IMG/VR virus record: IMGVR_UViG_3300026085_000098
Span: 1 to 64,000 of that record
Reading direction: 5' to 3' (one strand)
From: a virus
Taxonomy: Duplodnaviria > Caudoviricetes
DNA length: 64,000 nt
Shown: positions 35,280 through 45,200 of the stretch, one piece after another
Layout: every line of letters begins with the position of its first letter
Position numbering within the stretch: position 1 is the first letter of the stretch
The notes under the pieces: generated by a model
Seen by the model: only the letters and a program-made list of their open reading frames with translations
Database searches by the model: none
Told to the model about the DNA's origin: nothing
Program-made: the position numbers and the translations under genes

Positions 35280-36019
35280 CTTCTAATTTTAAGGTTGTAG
35301 TTAATTGCTTCTTGTAGTATTGATAAGTCAATTCCTGCAGATTTTGCAGTTTTAATTATTGCCGATGTATCTTTAGGAAAACAGTGGCCGCCAAAGCCTC
35401 GTTCTTCTGTAACTTGTGTGTGACTTTCTGTAATGCGTTCATCTTGTGCAATTTCTTTTCTAACAGGTTCATAATCAATACCAAATTCTTCGCAAAGATC
35501 AAAGATCTGATTGAAAAATGCAACCTTTGTGGCAAGAAAACTGTTGCGGAAATATTTAATTAATATAAGTTGCTCAACATCATGCACTCTAATGTCTATA
35601 CAACCTAAGAGTTCTAAGAAAAGACTTTGCCAATGATGGTACCCATTGCCGCCTATAAGTATGGTATTACAATTTTTAAAATCTTGTAATGCAGATGCTG
35701 CTCTTAGAAACTCAGGTGAAAAACAAATTTCTCTATCAGGATAAAGTTCTTGTATTGTGTTCCAACCTTCTAAACTAATTGTGCTTTTAATAAGAATAGG
35801 TACGTCTGGAGCGTTGCGTAACACATCTAAAACATTGCTCATGTCACAACTGCCGTTATCTGCTTCTGGAGTAGACACGCAAACAATAATCATATCAGCA
35901 TGTCGCAAATCGCCATAGTGTTCCTTAACAGGATCACTTATAATTACAGTATGAGATTGCTTAAAGATGCTTTCGTGTGCTTGTCCTACAAACCCGTAGC
36001 CTGCAATTCCTATTTTCAT
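35276..36019 (-). CDS. UDP-glucose/GDP-mannose dehydrogenase family protein (lacks the C-terminal domain)
   Basis: IAGYGFVG, CVSTP, IKSTI, FSPEFLR, KYFRNSFLA and GFGGHCFPKD motifs. Confidence 0.85.
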   Translation of the reverse strand: MKIGIAGYGFVGQAHESIFKQSHTVIISDPVKEHYGDLRHADMIIVCVSTPEADNGSCDMSNVLDVLRNAPDVPILIKSTISLEGWNTIQELYPDREICFSPEFLRAASALQDFKNCNTILIGGNGYHHWQSLFLELLGCIDIRVHDVEQLILIKYFRNSFLATKVAFFNQIFDLCEEFGIDYEPVRKEIAQDERITESHTQVTEERGFGGHCFPKDTSAIIKTAKSAGIDLSILQEAINYNLKIRS

Positions 36020-36186
36020 TCGTTTTCTTTTCTCGCAAATTTAATATCACAATAACCACAAACTACATAACCGTCGTGTGGCACTTTGTAATATGTAAGA
36101 GGGTGATCGTTGTTTTCACCAGAACACTTTGCAGTGTCACCATCTACATATACAATACGTTCTTCGTAACCTTTTACTCTATTCAT
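36016..36186 (-). CDS. 56-aa zf-CHCC zinc-finger protein (NDUFS6/NUMM-like; not in ORF track)
   Basis: MNRVKGYEERIVYVDGDTAKCSGENNDHPLTYYKVPHDGYVVCGYCDIKFARKENE; C..HP..CGYC; ATGA overlaps at both ends. Confidence 0.8.
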   Translation of the reverse strand: MNRVKGYEERIVYVDGDTAKCSGENNDHPLTYYKVPHDGYVVCGYCDIKFARKENE

Positions 36187-36419
36187 CGTTTACCTAATGC
36201 TCTCAACATCATTTGTTGATCATGTTTCTTTAGATATTCTTCTTCTATAGTTCCATAAGAACCGCATTTGTCTAATTCATTTTGTACATAAAATAATAAA
36301 TCATAAAGTTCTCTTTTGCAATCCCAAGTAACGTAACCGTCCATTCTTGGATCTGTTGCTGCAAAAGTTATTTTACCTATTAATCTACATATTTCTTTAG
36401 TATTCCAATCTTTGATCAT
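36183..36419 (-). CDS. Hypothetical protein
   Basis: Start moved to ATG 36419, after the pstB stop. Confidence 0.55.
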   Translation of the reverse strand: MIKDWNTKEICRLIGKITFAATDPRMDGYVTWDCKRELYDLLFYVQNELDKCGSYGTIEEEYLKKHDQQMMLRALGKR

Positions 36420-36429
36420 ATTGTATATA

Positions 36430-37218
36430 TTAACCAAAGTCTCCTGATACGTAAGCTTTGGTTTTACGATGGTTAGGATTCTCAAAGATTTTCTTTGTGC
36501 TGCCCTTTTCGATGATCTCTCCCAAATGAAAGTATGCTGTGGTATCAGAGATACGTCTAGCCTGTTGCATATTGTGCGTCACAATAACAATAGTATAGTT
36601 TTTCTTCAACTCTAGTATCAGTTCTTCAATGGCATTGGTTGAGATTGGATCCAATGCTGAACACGGTTCGTCTAAAAGTAAAATCTGTGGATCTACTGCA
36701 ATACTTCTAGCAAAGCATAATCGCTGTTGCTGTCCACCTGATAGTCCAAACGCATTGTCGTTAAGTCTATCCTTGACTTCGCTCCATAGGTTTGCTTTCT
36801 TTAAACTGTCTTCTACGATAGCATCTAATTGCTCTCGTGTTTCTGCCATACGATGTAGTCTAGGACCATACGCAATGTTTTCGTAAATGCTCTTGGGAAA
36901 AGGATTAGGCTTTTGGAACACCATTCCAACTGATTTGCGTAGGTTGTTCACATTTGTGTATTGTGTTCTATAGATGTCTGTGCCATCAATATCAACGCTA
37001 CCTTTGGTAACACAATCATCAATAAAGTCGTTCATCCTGTTAAGGGCTCTAAGGAATGTACTCTTGCCACAGCCACTTGGACCAATCAGTGCTGTTACAT
37101 TGTTCTTGCGTATGTCCAAGTCCGCATTAATAATAGCGTGATTGTCTCCGTACCAGATGTTCAATCCTCGCACGTTCATCTTCGCACTCTTGTTAAGTTC
37201 TAGTGTGTCTCTTACCAT
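36430..37218 (-). CDS. pstB: Phosphate ABC transporter ATPase
   Basis: [36 protein letters not shown] and VTHNMQQA motifs. Confidence 0.97.
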   Translation of the reverse strand: MVRDTLELNKSAKMNVRGLNIWYGDNHAIINADLDIRKNNVTALIGPSGCGKSTFLRALNRMNDFIDDCVTKGSVDIDGTDIYRTQYTNVNNLRKSVGMVFQKPNPFPKSIYENIAYGPRLHRMAETREQLDAIVEDSLKKANLWSEVKDRLNDNAFGLSGGQQQRLCFARSIAVDPQILLLDEPCSALDPISTNAIEELILELKKNYTIVIVTHNMQQARRISDTTAYFHLGEIIEKGSTKKIFENPNHRKTKAYVSGDFG

Positions 37219-38411
37219 TTTATTTCAAACCTCTTTCGTAACCAGATTGCTAATAAGTTTAATGCCACTAGGGCAACAAGTAGAACAAGGATAGCCGCAC
37301 TGGTTTTCTCGGCAAAGCCTCGCTCGGGTGAGTCTGCCCATAGGAAGATTTGGACAGGTAATGTTGTAGCACTGTCTAATACACTGCTAGGAGGAACAAG
37401 AATAAACGCAACCATACCAATCATCAGTAGTGGAGCCGATTCGCCTATGGCTCTGGCAATACCAATAATGGTTCCTGTGATAATACCAGGCATTGCCGCG
37501 GGCAACACTTGATAAATTGTTGTTTGTAATCTACTAGCACCAAGTCCATTTGATGCGTCACGTATTGCTTGTGGCACTGTTCTCAAGGCTGTCCTTGCTG
37601 AGATTACGATTACGGGCAACACCAACACAGCCAGTGTGATGGCTCCAACGATACTGGCACTACGAGGCATACCAAAGAAGTTGATCAGCACTGCTAGGCC
37701 AAGCAAACCATACACAATACTAGGTACAGCCGCTAGGTTGTTGATGTTTATCTCCATAAAGTCTCTGTAACGTCTCCAGCCTGAGCCTTTGCGTTTGGGG
37801 AACTCCTCCATATAGGTAGCACAACCTACACCTATGGGAAATGCTATACAAATAGCCAAGCCAATAGTGTAAACTGTACCTACTACTGCTCCCCAGATGC
37901 CTGCTATCTCAGGGCTTCTACTATCTGAGTTCGTCCAGAAGTCCCAATTCCATGTGCGATAGATCGTACCTCGTTCTATTTCAGCATCAACGATATTACG
38001 CTGTGCATCTGATAATTTATCGTATACACCTTTGACATACATATCAACATCTGTGTGTGCTACTAAAGTATATGTGCCTGGTGTTGTGATGTCTATTGTT
38101 GAATAGGCATTAGGTGTAACAAGTCCACGCAAGTTCTTCTTGCCTGTTCTATTCAGTTCTCCTACATAACCTTCGCCTACATCATATAATGCACTGTTGA
38201 TTGTACTCTTGGTACTCGACTCTATCTGTGTTACAGTTAGATCAATCTTTGTTTGTGTGAACGCACCGATGCCTCTGTAACCTAGTGTTGTAAAGAACAC
38301 AATCATTAAAACTGTGGTAAGAGTCAATGCTGCTTTACACGCATACTCAAGGCCTTTTTGTAGGCGTCTGCGTTTGCCGCTTAGTTTACTGTTTAAGTCT
38401 ATCGATTGCAT
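37212..38411 (-). CDS. pstA: Phosphate ABC transporter permease PstA
   Basis: [27 protein letters not shown] and TLPVQI motifs. Confidence 0.95.
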   Translation of the reverse strand: MQSIDLNSKLSGKRRRLQKGLEYACKAALTLTTVLMIVFFTTLGYRGIGAFTQTKIDLTVTQIESSTKSTINSALYDVGEGYVGELNRTGKKNLRGLVTPNAYSTIDITTPGTYTLVAHTDVDMYVKGVYDKLSDAQRNIVDAEIERGTIYRTWNWDFWTNSDSRSPEIAGIWGAVVGTVYTIGLAICIAFPIGVGCATYMEEFPKRKGSGWRRYRDFMEININNLAAVPSIVYGLLGLAVLINFFGMPRSASIVGAITLAVLVLPVIVISARTALRTVPQAIRDASNGLGASRLQTTIYQVLPAAMPGIITGTIIGIARAIGESAPLLMIGMVAFILVPPSSVLDSATTLPVQIFLWADSPERGFAEKTSAAILVLLVALVALNLLAIWLRKRFEIKW

Positions 38412-39333
38412 TCTTATAATTCCTATATGCTATCCAGTTAAGGATGAACGTTACAACGAACAGTGTAAACGCAAGAGCAAATGCACTAAGGGTTTTCGCA
38501 CTGTCAAACTCTTGGTCGCCTATGAGTAGTGTGACGATTTGAACTGTGACTGTTGTGACTGCGTTTAGAGGATTGGCTGTTAGATTTGCTGCAAGACCTG
38601 CTGCCATAACCACAATCATAGTTTCACCGATTGCTCTTGCGATTGCCATAATAAATCCAGCGACAATGCCTGGTAATGCTGCTGGCAATATAATATCTTT
38701 TATACACTCTTCTCGTGTGGCACCAATACCTCTAGCACCATCACGCATAGCACTGGGCACTGCTTTTATAACATCATCTGTGATTGAACTAATCAGTGGT
38801 ATAATCATTATACCCATTACTAGTCCTGCGGCCAGTGCTGACTCTGTAGCAACATCTAATCCAAATGTTACACCTATACTTCGCAGCCAAGGGCCTAGTA
38901 CAATTGCAGCAAAGAATCCATATACCACTGTAGGAATTCCTGCAAGTATTTCAAGCAATGGCTTAACTATCATTCTCTGTGCAGGTTTAAGATATTCTGC
39001 CGTGTATATTGCACTTAATAATCCTATAGGAGCAGCAATACACATTGCTATAATGGTTATAAAAAGTGTGCCCCATAACAATGGAACAAATCCAAACTCG
39101 CCTGATGATCCTACTGAATCTGCTCTAAAGGCTGTTTGTGGGCTCCAAGTAGTATTAAAGAAAAAGTCCTGTGGTGGGACCATGGTAAAAAATTTGATTG
39201 TTTCGTAACTCAAACTTGCGACGATCGCAAATGTAATACCAATGGTGATCCAAGAACTTAAACGAAAGAAGCCTTTTAATAAATCTTCGTTGAGACCATT
39301 TTGTCTCTGTTTTGGTCCTATCCATATAAACAT
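38386..39333 (-). CDS. pstC: Phosphate ABC transporter permease PstC
   Basis: LEILAGIPTVVYGFF, ARAIGETMIV and DQEFDSAKT motifs. Confidence 0.95.
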   Translation of the reverse strand: MFIWIGPKQRQNGLNEDLLKGFFRLSSWITIGITFAIVASLSYETIKFFTMVPPQDFFFNTTWSPQTAFRADSVGSSGEFGFVPLLWGTLFITIIAMCIAAPIGLLSAIYTAEYLKPAQRMIVKPLLEILAGIPTVVYGFFAAIVLGPWLRSIGVTFGLDVATESALAAGLVMGIMIIPLISSITDDVIKAVPSAMRDGARGIGATREECIKDIILPAALPGIVAGFIMAIARAIGETMIVVMAAGLAANLTANPLNAVTTVTVQIVTLLIGDQEFDSAKTLSAFALAFTLFVVTFILNWIAYRNYKNAIDRLKQ

Positions 39334-39348
39334 CTATAACCTCATTGC

Positions 39349-39370
39349 GGAGTGGGCCGAAACCCACTCC
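39349..39370. terminator. Perfect stem-loop in the pstS-pstC spacer
   Basis: GGAGTGGG-CCGAAA-CCCACTCC; likely stabilises or partially terminates the pstS mRNA. Confidence 0.65.
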
Positions 39371-39380
39371 TTTTATGATC

Positions 39381-40376
39381 TTATTGTAACACGTTTGCAC
39401 GTACTGTGTCAAGCTCTTTCTGTGGTAGAGGAATAAGTCCTGCATCACCTAATGAACCATCTGCACCTGCCAAGTCGTCTGACAAGTATAGTTCCATGAA
39501 CTCACGCATACCTGGAATAACACCCATATGCTCTTTTTTAGCATATACATATAGTCCACGGCTTGCTGGATATGAACCGTCTGCGATTGATTCAAATGTT
39601 GGTGCTACGCCTGAGATAGGAGAGCCCTGAATAACATCTGTGTTTTGGTCTAGGAATGAATAACCAAAGATACCATAAGCATTTGGATTGTTAGCAAGTT
39701 TCTGAATGATAAGGTTATCATTTTCACCTGCTTCTACATACGCACCATCTTCACGGATACCATGACAGATACCTTTGAATGCTTTTTTGTCTTTTAGTTC
39801 TTTGACCCACTTGTAAGTCTTACAACCTGATTCCATTACCAGTTCGCTCCACGCATCACGTGTTCCTGAACTTGGCGGAGGACCTAGCACTTCGATTTTA
39901 ATTTTTGGGAATTTAGGATTAATTTCGCTCCAATATGTAAATGGGTTTGGAACAAGATTACCATTCTCTTGTGGAACATCTTTTGCCAGTGCTTGGAATA
40001 GTTCACGTGGTGTGATTTCCAATGCTTCACCTGTGTTTGCCACTGCGAACACAATACCGTCATAACCCACTTTCATCTCTAGTGGTGTTACACCGTTTGC
40101 TGCACAAGTTTCTGCTTCGCTTGATTTGATTGCTCTTGAAGCATTTGTGAAGTCTGGGTGATCAACACCTGTGCCAGCACAGAATAGTTTCATACCACCG
40201 CCGGTGCCTGTTGATTCAATAACAGGAGCAGTGTTGCCCTCTGCAGCAAATGTTTCTGCTACGATTGTTGTGAAAGGATATACTGTAGAACTACCTACAA
40301 CTCTAATTTCTCGTGCTTCTGCGACAGTCGCCACAGCAAAAACGGCCACGAGTGCCGCTAACATTGATTTAACCAT
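39381..40376 (-). CDS. pstS: Periplasmic phosphate-binding protein PstS (alphaproteobacterial type)
   Basis: Signal peptide; VGSSTVYP, ESTGTGGG, ASRAIK and GPPPSSGTRD motifs; start moved to ATG 40376 after AAGGAG. Confidence 0.95.
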   Translation of the reverse strand: MVKSMLAALVAVFAVATVAEAREIRVVGSSTVYPFTTIVAETFAAEGNTAPVIESTGTGGGMKLFCAGTGVDHPDFTNASRAIKSSEAETCAANGVTPLEMKVGYDGIVFAVANTGEALEITPRELFQALAKDVPQENGNLVPNPFTYWSEINPKFPKIKIEVLGPPPSSGTRDAWSELVMESGCKTYKWVKELKDKKAFKGICHGIREDGAYVEAGENDNLIIQKLANNPNAYGIFGYSFLDQNTDVIQGSPISGVAPTFESIADGSYPASRGLYVYAKKEHMGVIPGMREFMELYLSDDLAGADGSLGDAGLIPLPQKELDTVRANVLQ

Positions 40377-40447
40377 TTTTTTCTCCTTATATGGTTTGCC
40401 CTGTTGGGCCATCATAAAATAAAGATGTAGAGTTGCCCCTACGCCGT

Positions 40448-40493
40448 TATTTATAATTTACTATAACATAAGTTTGTAACAGAAATATGACAA
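40448..40493 (-). promoter_or_regulatory. Pho box/-10 promoter plus T4-like late promoter for pstSCAB
   Basis: TTGTCAT-ATTT-CTGTTAC (40493-40476), a 10-nt spacer, TATAGT (40465-40460), then TATAAATA (40455-40448). Confidence 0.85.
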
Positions 40494-40629
40494 TACCTTT
40501 TTGCATATCGGGTATATCAAAATAACATAGCAAAACGGTCAGTTTTTATGCTATATAATATTGTAGAAGGAGAAAAACTAGCACTTGCTAGACTCGGATC
40601 ACACATACATATATAGATTGGAAAACAAA

Positions 40630-40869
40630 ATGACAACTTTAGTTGCGAACACATTTGGTTGGTTAGGTTTTGCGGGCCTTGCTAACTGGTTCAAAAAATT
40701 GGCTGTAAAACTACAAGCACGTAGATTAGCCAACATCACCGTAAACGAATTATCAAGACTTTCAGACAGAGAATTAAACGATATGGGTCTTTCACGCTGT
40801 GACATTCGTTATGTTGCCGAAAAGCATTATGAAGATACTGTAAACGCAAACTTGAAAGGATGGGTGTAA
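40630..40869 (+). CDS. DUF1127 family protein
   Basis: TVNELSRLSDRELNDMGLSRCDI signature. Confidence 0.85.
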   Translation: MTTLVANTFGWLGFAGLANWFKKLAVKLQARRLANITVNELSRLSDRELNDMGLSRCDIRYVAEKHYEDTVNANLKGWV

Positions 40870-41048
40870 TGGCTGAAGCAATTATGAAATACACATTCGC
40901 ACCACTCCAAGGATTTTGGGCAGGGTTTTATAACTTCTGTGAAATCGCAGGTTATGCAAGAGCAGCATCAGAACTAGCACGCCATGGCTACTATGAAGAA
41001 GCAAAGAACTGTATGATGCAAGTTTCGAGACTACGCAATGACAGGTGA
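40869..41048 (+). CDS. Small hypothetical protein
   Basis: [19 protein letters not shown]; TAATG overlap with the DUF1127 gene. Confidence 0.6.
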   Translation: MAEAIMKYTFAPLQGFWAGFYNFCEIAGYARAASELARHGYYEEAKNCMMQVSRLRNDR

Positions 41049-41274
41049 TATTGTAACTATGGGCGCCTACATTGGCGCAGGATTTGCTTGTTTGGGCATG
41101 GGCCTTGCAGCAATAGGTGTAGGACAAATTGTAGGTCAGTTTTTGAACGCCGCAATGGCTATGCCGCATCGTAGCACAGAACAAAACGCAAACCTATTTG
41201 TAGGTATTGCTTTTGCCGAAGCACTTGGAATCTTTTCATTCTTAGTAGCATTGTTGTTGATGTTTGCAAGTTGA
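41038..41274 (+). CDS. atpE: F0 ATP synthase subunit c homolog with divergent polar loop
   Basis: Two TM helices, GAG.AC.GMG..A.GVG, and [22 protein letters not shown] (proton-carrying Glu kept); the loop reads AMAMP rather than ALRNP. Confidence 0.9.
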   Translation: MTGDIVTMGAYIGAGFACLGMGLAAIGVGQIVGQFLNAAMAMPHRSTEQNANLFVGIAFAEALGIFSFLVALLLMFAS

Positions 41275-41275
41275 T

Positions 41276-41506
41276 ATGCAACCTCAAGGACCGATGTCTG
41301 CAGAGATAGTAGACAAACTCGGAGTTATCTCATTTATAATGATGACGACTCTGATAATGGTTTGTATCCTAATTGGATTCTACGCTGTGTTTGATAGTTA
41401 TTCAACACCACAACCAAATTGGAAAGCCGCTTGTATCGAAGCAGGCGGAGTTCCAGTTCAACTAGGATCAGACTATTTCGATTGTAAAGTAATAGAAAAG
41501 TCTTGA
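41276..41506 (+). CDS. Small membrane protein
   Basis: One TM segment, then a C-x3-GG..x..C motif. Confidence 0.5.
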   Translation: MQPQGPMSAEIVDKLGVISFIMMTTLIMVCILIGFYAVFDSYSTPQPNWKAACIEAGGVPVQLGSDYFDCKVIEKS

Positions 41507-41531
41507 CATAAATACAATTTGCTAGTATGTT
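41503..41531 (+). promoter_or_regulatory. Composite sigma70 and late promoter
   Basis: TTGACA-N17-TATGTT with TAAATA at 41509-41514. Confidence 0.65.
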
Positions 41532-41568
41532 AAATTATTAGCCAACATTCACACACAGGAGACACACA

Positions 41569-41865
41569 ATGAATGATATGACAAAACAAATGGAGCAATT
41601 CGCTGACATGTTCAAATCAGCAATTCCACAAGTCAAAACTAACAAAAACGGATACGAAATCCGCACAAAGGTATTAGAGTTCGCACAGAACCAAACATGG
41701 CAAGACTATCACGCCAAGTGGGGTCAGTTCGAAACTACTGTTAAAAAAGACGGTGACGAAGTCGTTACTGAAGTAACAATGCCAGAAGTGCCTGGCGCTG
41801 ATAAAGTGCTAGAAGCAGCCGAAAAGTTCTATAACTTTGTAAGCGGTAACATAAATAAAAAGTAA
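41569..41865 (+). CDS. Conserved hypothetical phage protein
   Basis: KNGYEIRTKVLEFA...VLEAAEKFYNFV motif; AGGAG RBS. Confidence 0.7.
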   Translation: MNDMTKQMEQFADMFKSAIPQVKTNKNGYEIRTKVLEFAQNQTWQDYHAKWGQFETTVKKDGDEVVTEVTMPEVPGADKVLEAAEKFYNFVSGNINKK

Positions 41866-41920
41866 TATAGTTTACACTAAAGTATTTTTTGGGCATAGCC
41901 TGTATAGTAATATTAAAAAA

Positions 41921-41990
41921 AGCCCTTGTTAGCAAAATCTCAAGTGCCTAGACTTTGACCCTCTAGCACTTGTAAAAGTTAGCAGGGGTT
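41921..41990 (+). other. Long interrupted RNA hairpin in an intergenic region
   Basis: CCCUUGUUAGC/GUUAGCAGGGG stem, A-rich internal loop, CAAGUG/CACUUG and CUAG/CUAG stems, 11-nt loop. Confidence 0.6.
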
Positions 41991-42005
41991 AACCTTGGAG
42001 TAAGT

Positions 42006-42215
42006 ATGCAAACCAAAACAAATGTTTTTTACGAAGTTTATGAATGTGTTGACGAGGAAAATGACGAATGGGCAATCCGTTCAAGTCACATGGAAGAAGA
42101 AGTTGCAGAGAAATGGATTATGGATCTTATTAAAGATAATCCCAAGTACGAAGATGTTAATTTTAGAGTTGATGAATGTACAGAGGAAACATTAACCGAT
42201 CCAAATCTGACGTGA
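42006..42215 (+). CDS. Small acidic hypothetical protein
   Basis: GGAG RBS; convergent overlap with the 1429-aa gene. Confidence 0.55.
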   Translation: MQTKTNVFYEVYECVDEENDEWAIRSSHMEEEVAEKWIMDLIKDNPKYEDVNFRVDECTEETLTDPNLT

Positions 42216-45200
42216 TGGTTCTTGTGTTTGTCCTGAAACTTTGAGACCATCGCCCTCACCCTTTAAAACTATTTCAATTGTATCATTTGCATAAATTTGT
42301 TTAAACTTGGTATAGTAATATTGATTAGTAATACTACTAAATTCTAGTGGCGCAGTTGTTCTACGACTGACACTTTGATTGATATTGTCTTGTACTTCTG
42401 TTTCTAAGAACGCCTGCGGTGTAAAGTTAAAGATAACATCTATTTCATCTGTTGCTGCAAATCCTAGTTCACCTTCATTATCAATGTTAACCATTATCTC
42501 TGTGCTTGCTGCAACAAATGTTACAAAATCTGCATCATCGATAAATTGTCTTGTACTACTTTGTGTAGAACTATCACTAAGTTCTGTAGCAGTTGTGCTA
42601 TCAATATTATAAATTACATCTATATCTTCTGTAGCTGCAAACGATACAAACTCTACATTTTCAAAATTGTAGATAAATTCTGTATCAGTTGCGCCTAATA
42701 CACCAAGTTCTACTGTATCTTCAAAATTAAATGTTTTTGCTACAGTTGCTAGAGCATCTAGTTCTAGTTCACCTGTAGTTACAGGTAATGCGTATAACTG
42801 GTTGTGAGGACCGTCTACTTCAACTTCTATAAGTGGTGTTTCTACACTGTTTAATGTAGAACTTTGAGTTTGTATTGCATTAAATGTCACAAACTCTACA
42901 TCTGCAAAGACATAGATAATTTGTTGATCACTTGCTGTAACAACACCTAGTTCAGCATCATCAACATAGTTGTAGATTACTTTCTCTACAGAAGTTGTTG
43001 CAATTTCTAGTTCTACAAGTGCATCTCTATTGGTTGTAAATGATGTATCAACTACCCCTAGTTTGACAAAATCTGCTGTATCATCATAAACAAAAACCCT
43101 ACTTACGGCTGCACTTGCTTCTAATTCTAATAGTTCAGTATTAGCAAACGCAAATGTATTCTCTTGAGAACTGCTTGGATCAATTTCAAGTTCTGCTTCA
43201 AACGTTGGATAGTCATAAATGATGTTTAATACTTCGCTAGATTCAATTTCCAATGCAACAGTTGTTTGAATATTACGTATAATATCTTCGTCAACTGCAA
43301 CCAGTGCTTTGAATATCGCATCGTCATCAAACTCGAATATCTGTACGATAGTATCACTTGCTGCAATTTCTAATGCGCCAGTTGTTTGAACATTGCGTAT
43401 AATATCTTCGTCAACTGCAACCAGTGCTTTGAATATTGCATCGTCATCAAATTCAAATATCTGTACAATAGTATCACTGGCTTCAATTTCCAATGCAATA
43501 GTTGTTTGAACATTGCGTATAATATCTTCGTCAACTGCAACCAGTGCTTTGAATATTGCATCGTCATCAAATTCAAATATCTGTACAATAGTATCACTTG
43601 CTGCAATTTCTAAGTTTGCTGTATCTTCTATGTCATAAATGACTTTTAATACTTCACTGGCTTCGATTTCTAAGTTTGTTGTATCTTCTATGTCATAGAT
43701 TATATCAGTGTCAGTTGCGCCAAGTTTGATAAATGTTGCACTATCTGCAAATACATGTGTTGTACTTGTTGTATGTGTTTCTCCTATTTCAAGTGATGGA
43801 GAATCAGTATAGTTGTAGATAATATTAGTAACATCAGTTTCACTTATTTCTAGTGTGCCTGTATCTGATACTGCAACCGTAATTTCAAACGGATAAAGAG
43901 CATCGATTTCTAGTGCGCCTGTTGTAGTACTAGCATAACTTTGCGTACTAACATCACTAGCATCAATTTCTAGTGCGCCTGTTGTAGTACTAGCATAACT
44001 TTGCGTACTAACATCACTAGCATCGATTTCTAATTCACCTAGGTTATGCGTATAGTCAGTATAGTTGAATAGCACCGTTTGTGTGGCTGCATCACCTAAT
44101 TCAAGTTCACCTAAATTGTGTGTATAATCTGTATAATTGTATAGTATTTCAAATGCGTCTGCATCGCCAATAACAAGCGGTGTTGTATCAATGCTACCAA
44201 GTGTTACAACAATACCTGTCGCGCCGCCTTTGATAAATGCACCTGTGTCAACAAAGTCATAAAGTGTTTTTGTTGTAAAGGTTGTACCTATTTCAAGTTC
44301 TGCGGTGTTATCTAATCCAATGTAACTTACTAGGTGCGGTGAAGTTGCATCAATCTCAAGTTCACCTAAGTTATGAGTATAATCAGTATAGTTGTATATT
44401 AAGCCTGCACTTGCATCTGCTTCAACTTCTATATCTCTCGCAACACTTGTAGACCATAGAAGCATATCATCAAGATTAGCAGGATCACCTTGATAATATC
44501 TTATCTCATCAAATTGAAAACCTGAAGTTGTTAAGTTATAAGTTTGGTTATTAAAGGTTGCTGCAACAAAACTTAAACCACGAGGATTAGTATCTAACAG
44601 AATTGCCTGTTTTCCATTACGTGTAATTGCAGTTGCCCTAGGCTTGTCATAATTATAATAACTACGTGTACCTAATACTGTTTGACTATTAGACAGATGT
44701 CTGATTGCATGTTGTATAACACCTGCTTTCCAAAACGTTATGTAAACTTCATTGTCGTTTAAATCATAGCCTGTTTCATTTACCGCTGTATTGATATTTG
44801 CTATCATATCATTAACAAATGGACTGTTTGTAGAACTAAATTCTAAAACATATTCATAGACACTTTGTGATGATAGTCTATAAGAACTAGACACTGAAAG
44901 AACTTCAACAGGATTAAATCCTTGTCTAGGTTTGTATGTTGTAGAAATAGAATCATCTGCGTCAATTTCTGTAGTAATAGTGTCTGTAGGTATATTGTAT
45001 CTTACATTTGTTTCCGCTTGAGATGTTTCAAGTTCTAATTCAACAGTAGTTACAATATTATAAACTTTTTCTATCACACTTGTTACACCAATCAATAATG
45101 GTGTAACTTCTACGGTTGCACTGATTGATACAATAGATGTAGGTGTTATAAGAGCAAACTGTGCTGTATCATCATAAACAAACTTTTTGCCAACGGTATC

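Noticed and set aside
38546-39208. Long plus-strand ORFs in the track (also 320-625, 6637-6999, 13441-13899, 30083-30583, 46369-46809, 55993-56526, 59013-59639)
   Set aside because: They are antisense shadows of well-supported minus-strand genes, with no RBS and low-complexity S/A/V/T translations.
43261-44030. CRISPR-like array
   Set aside because: The repeats are 120 or 60 bp, contiguous without unique spacers and in frame inside a CDS; no cas genes.
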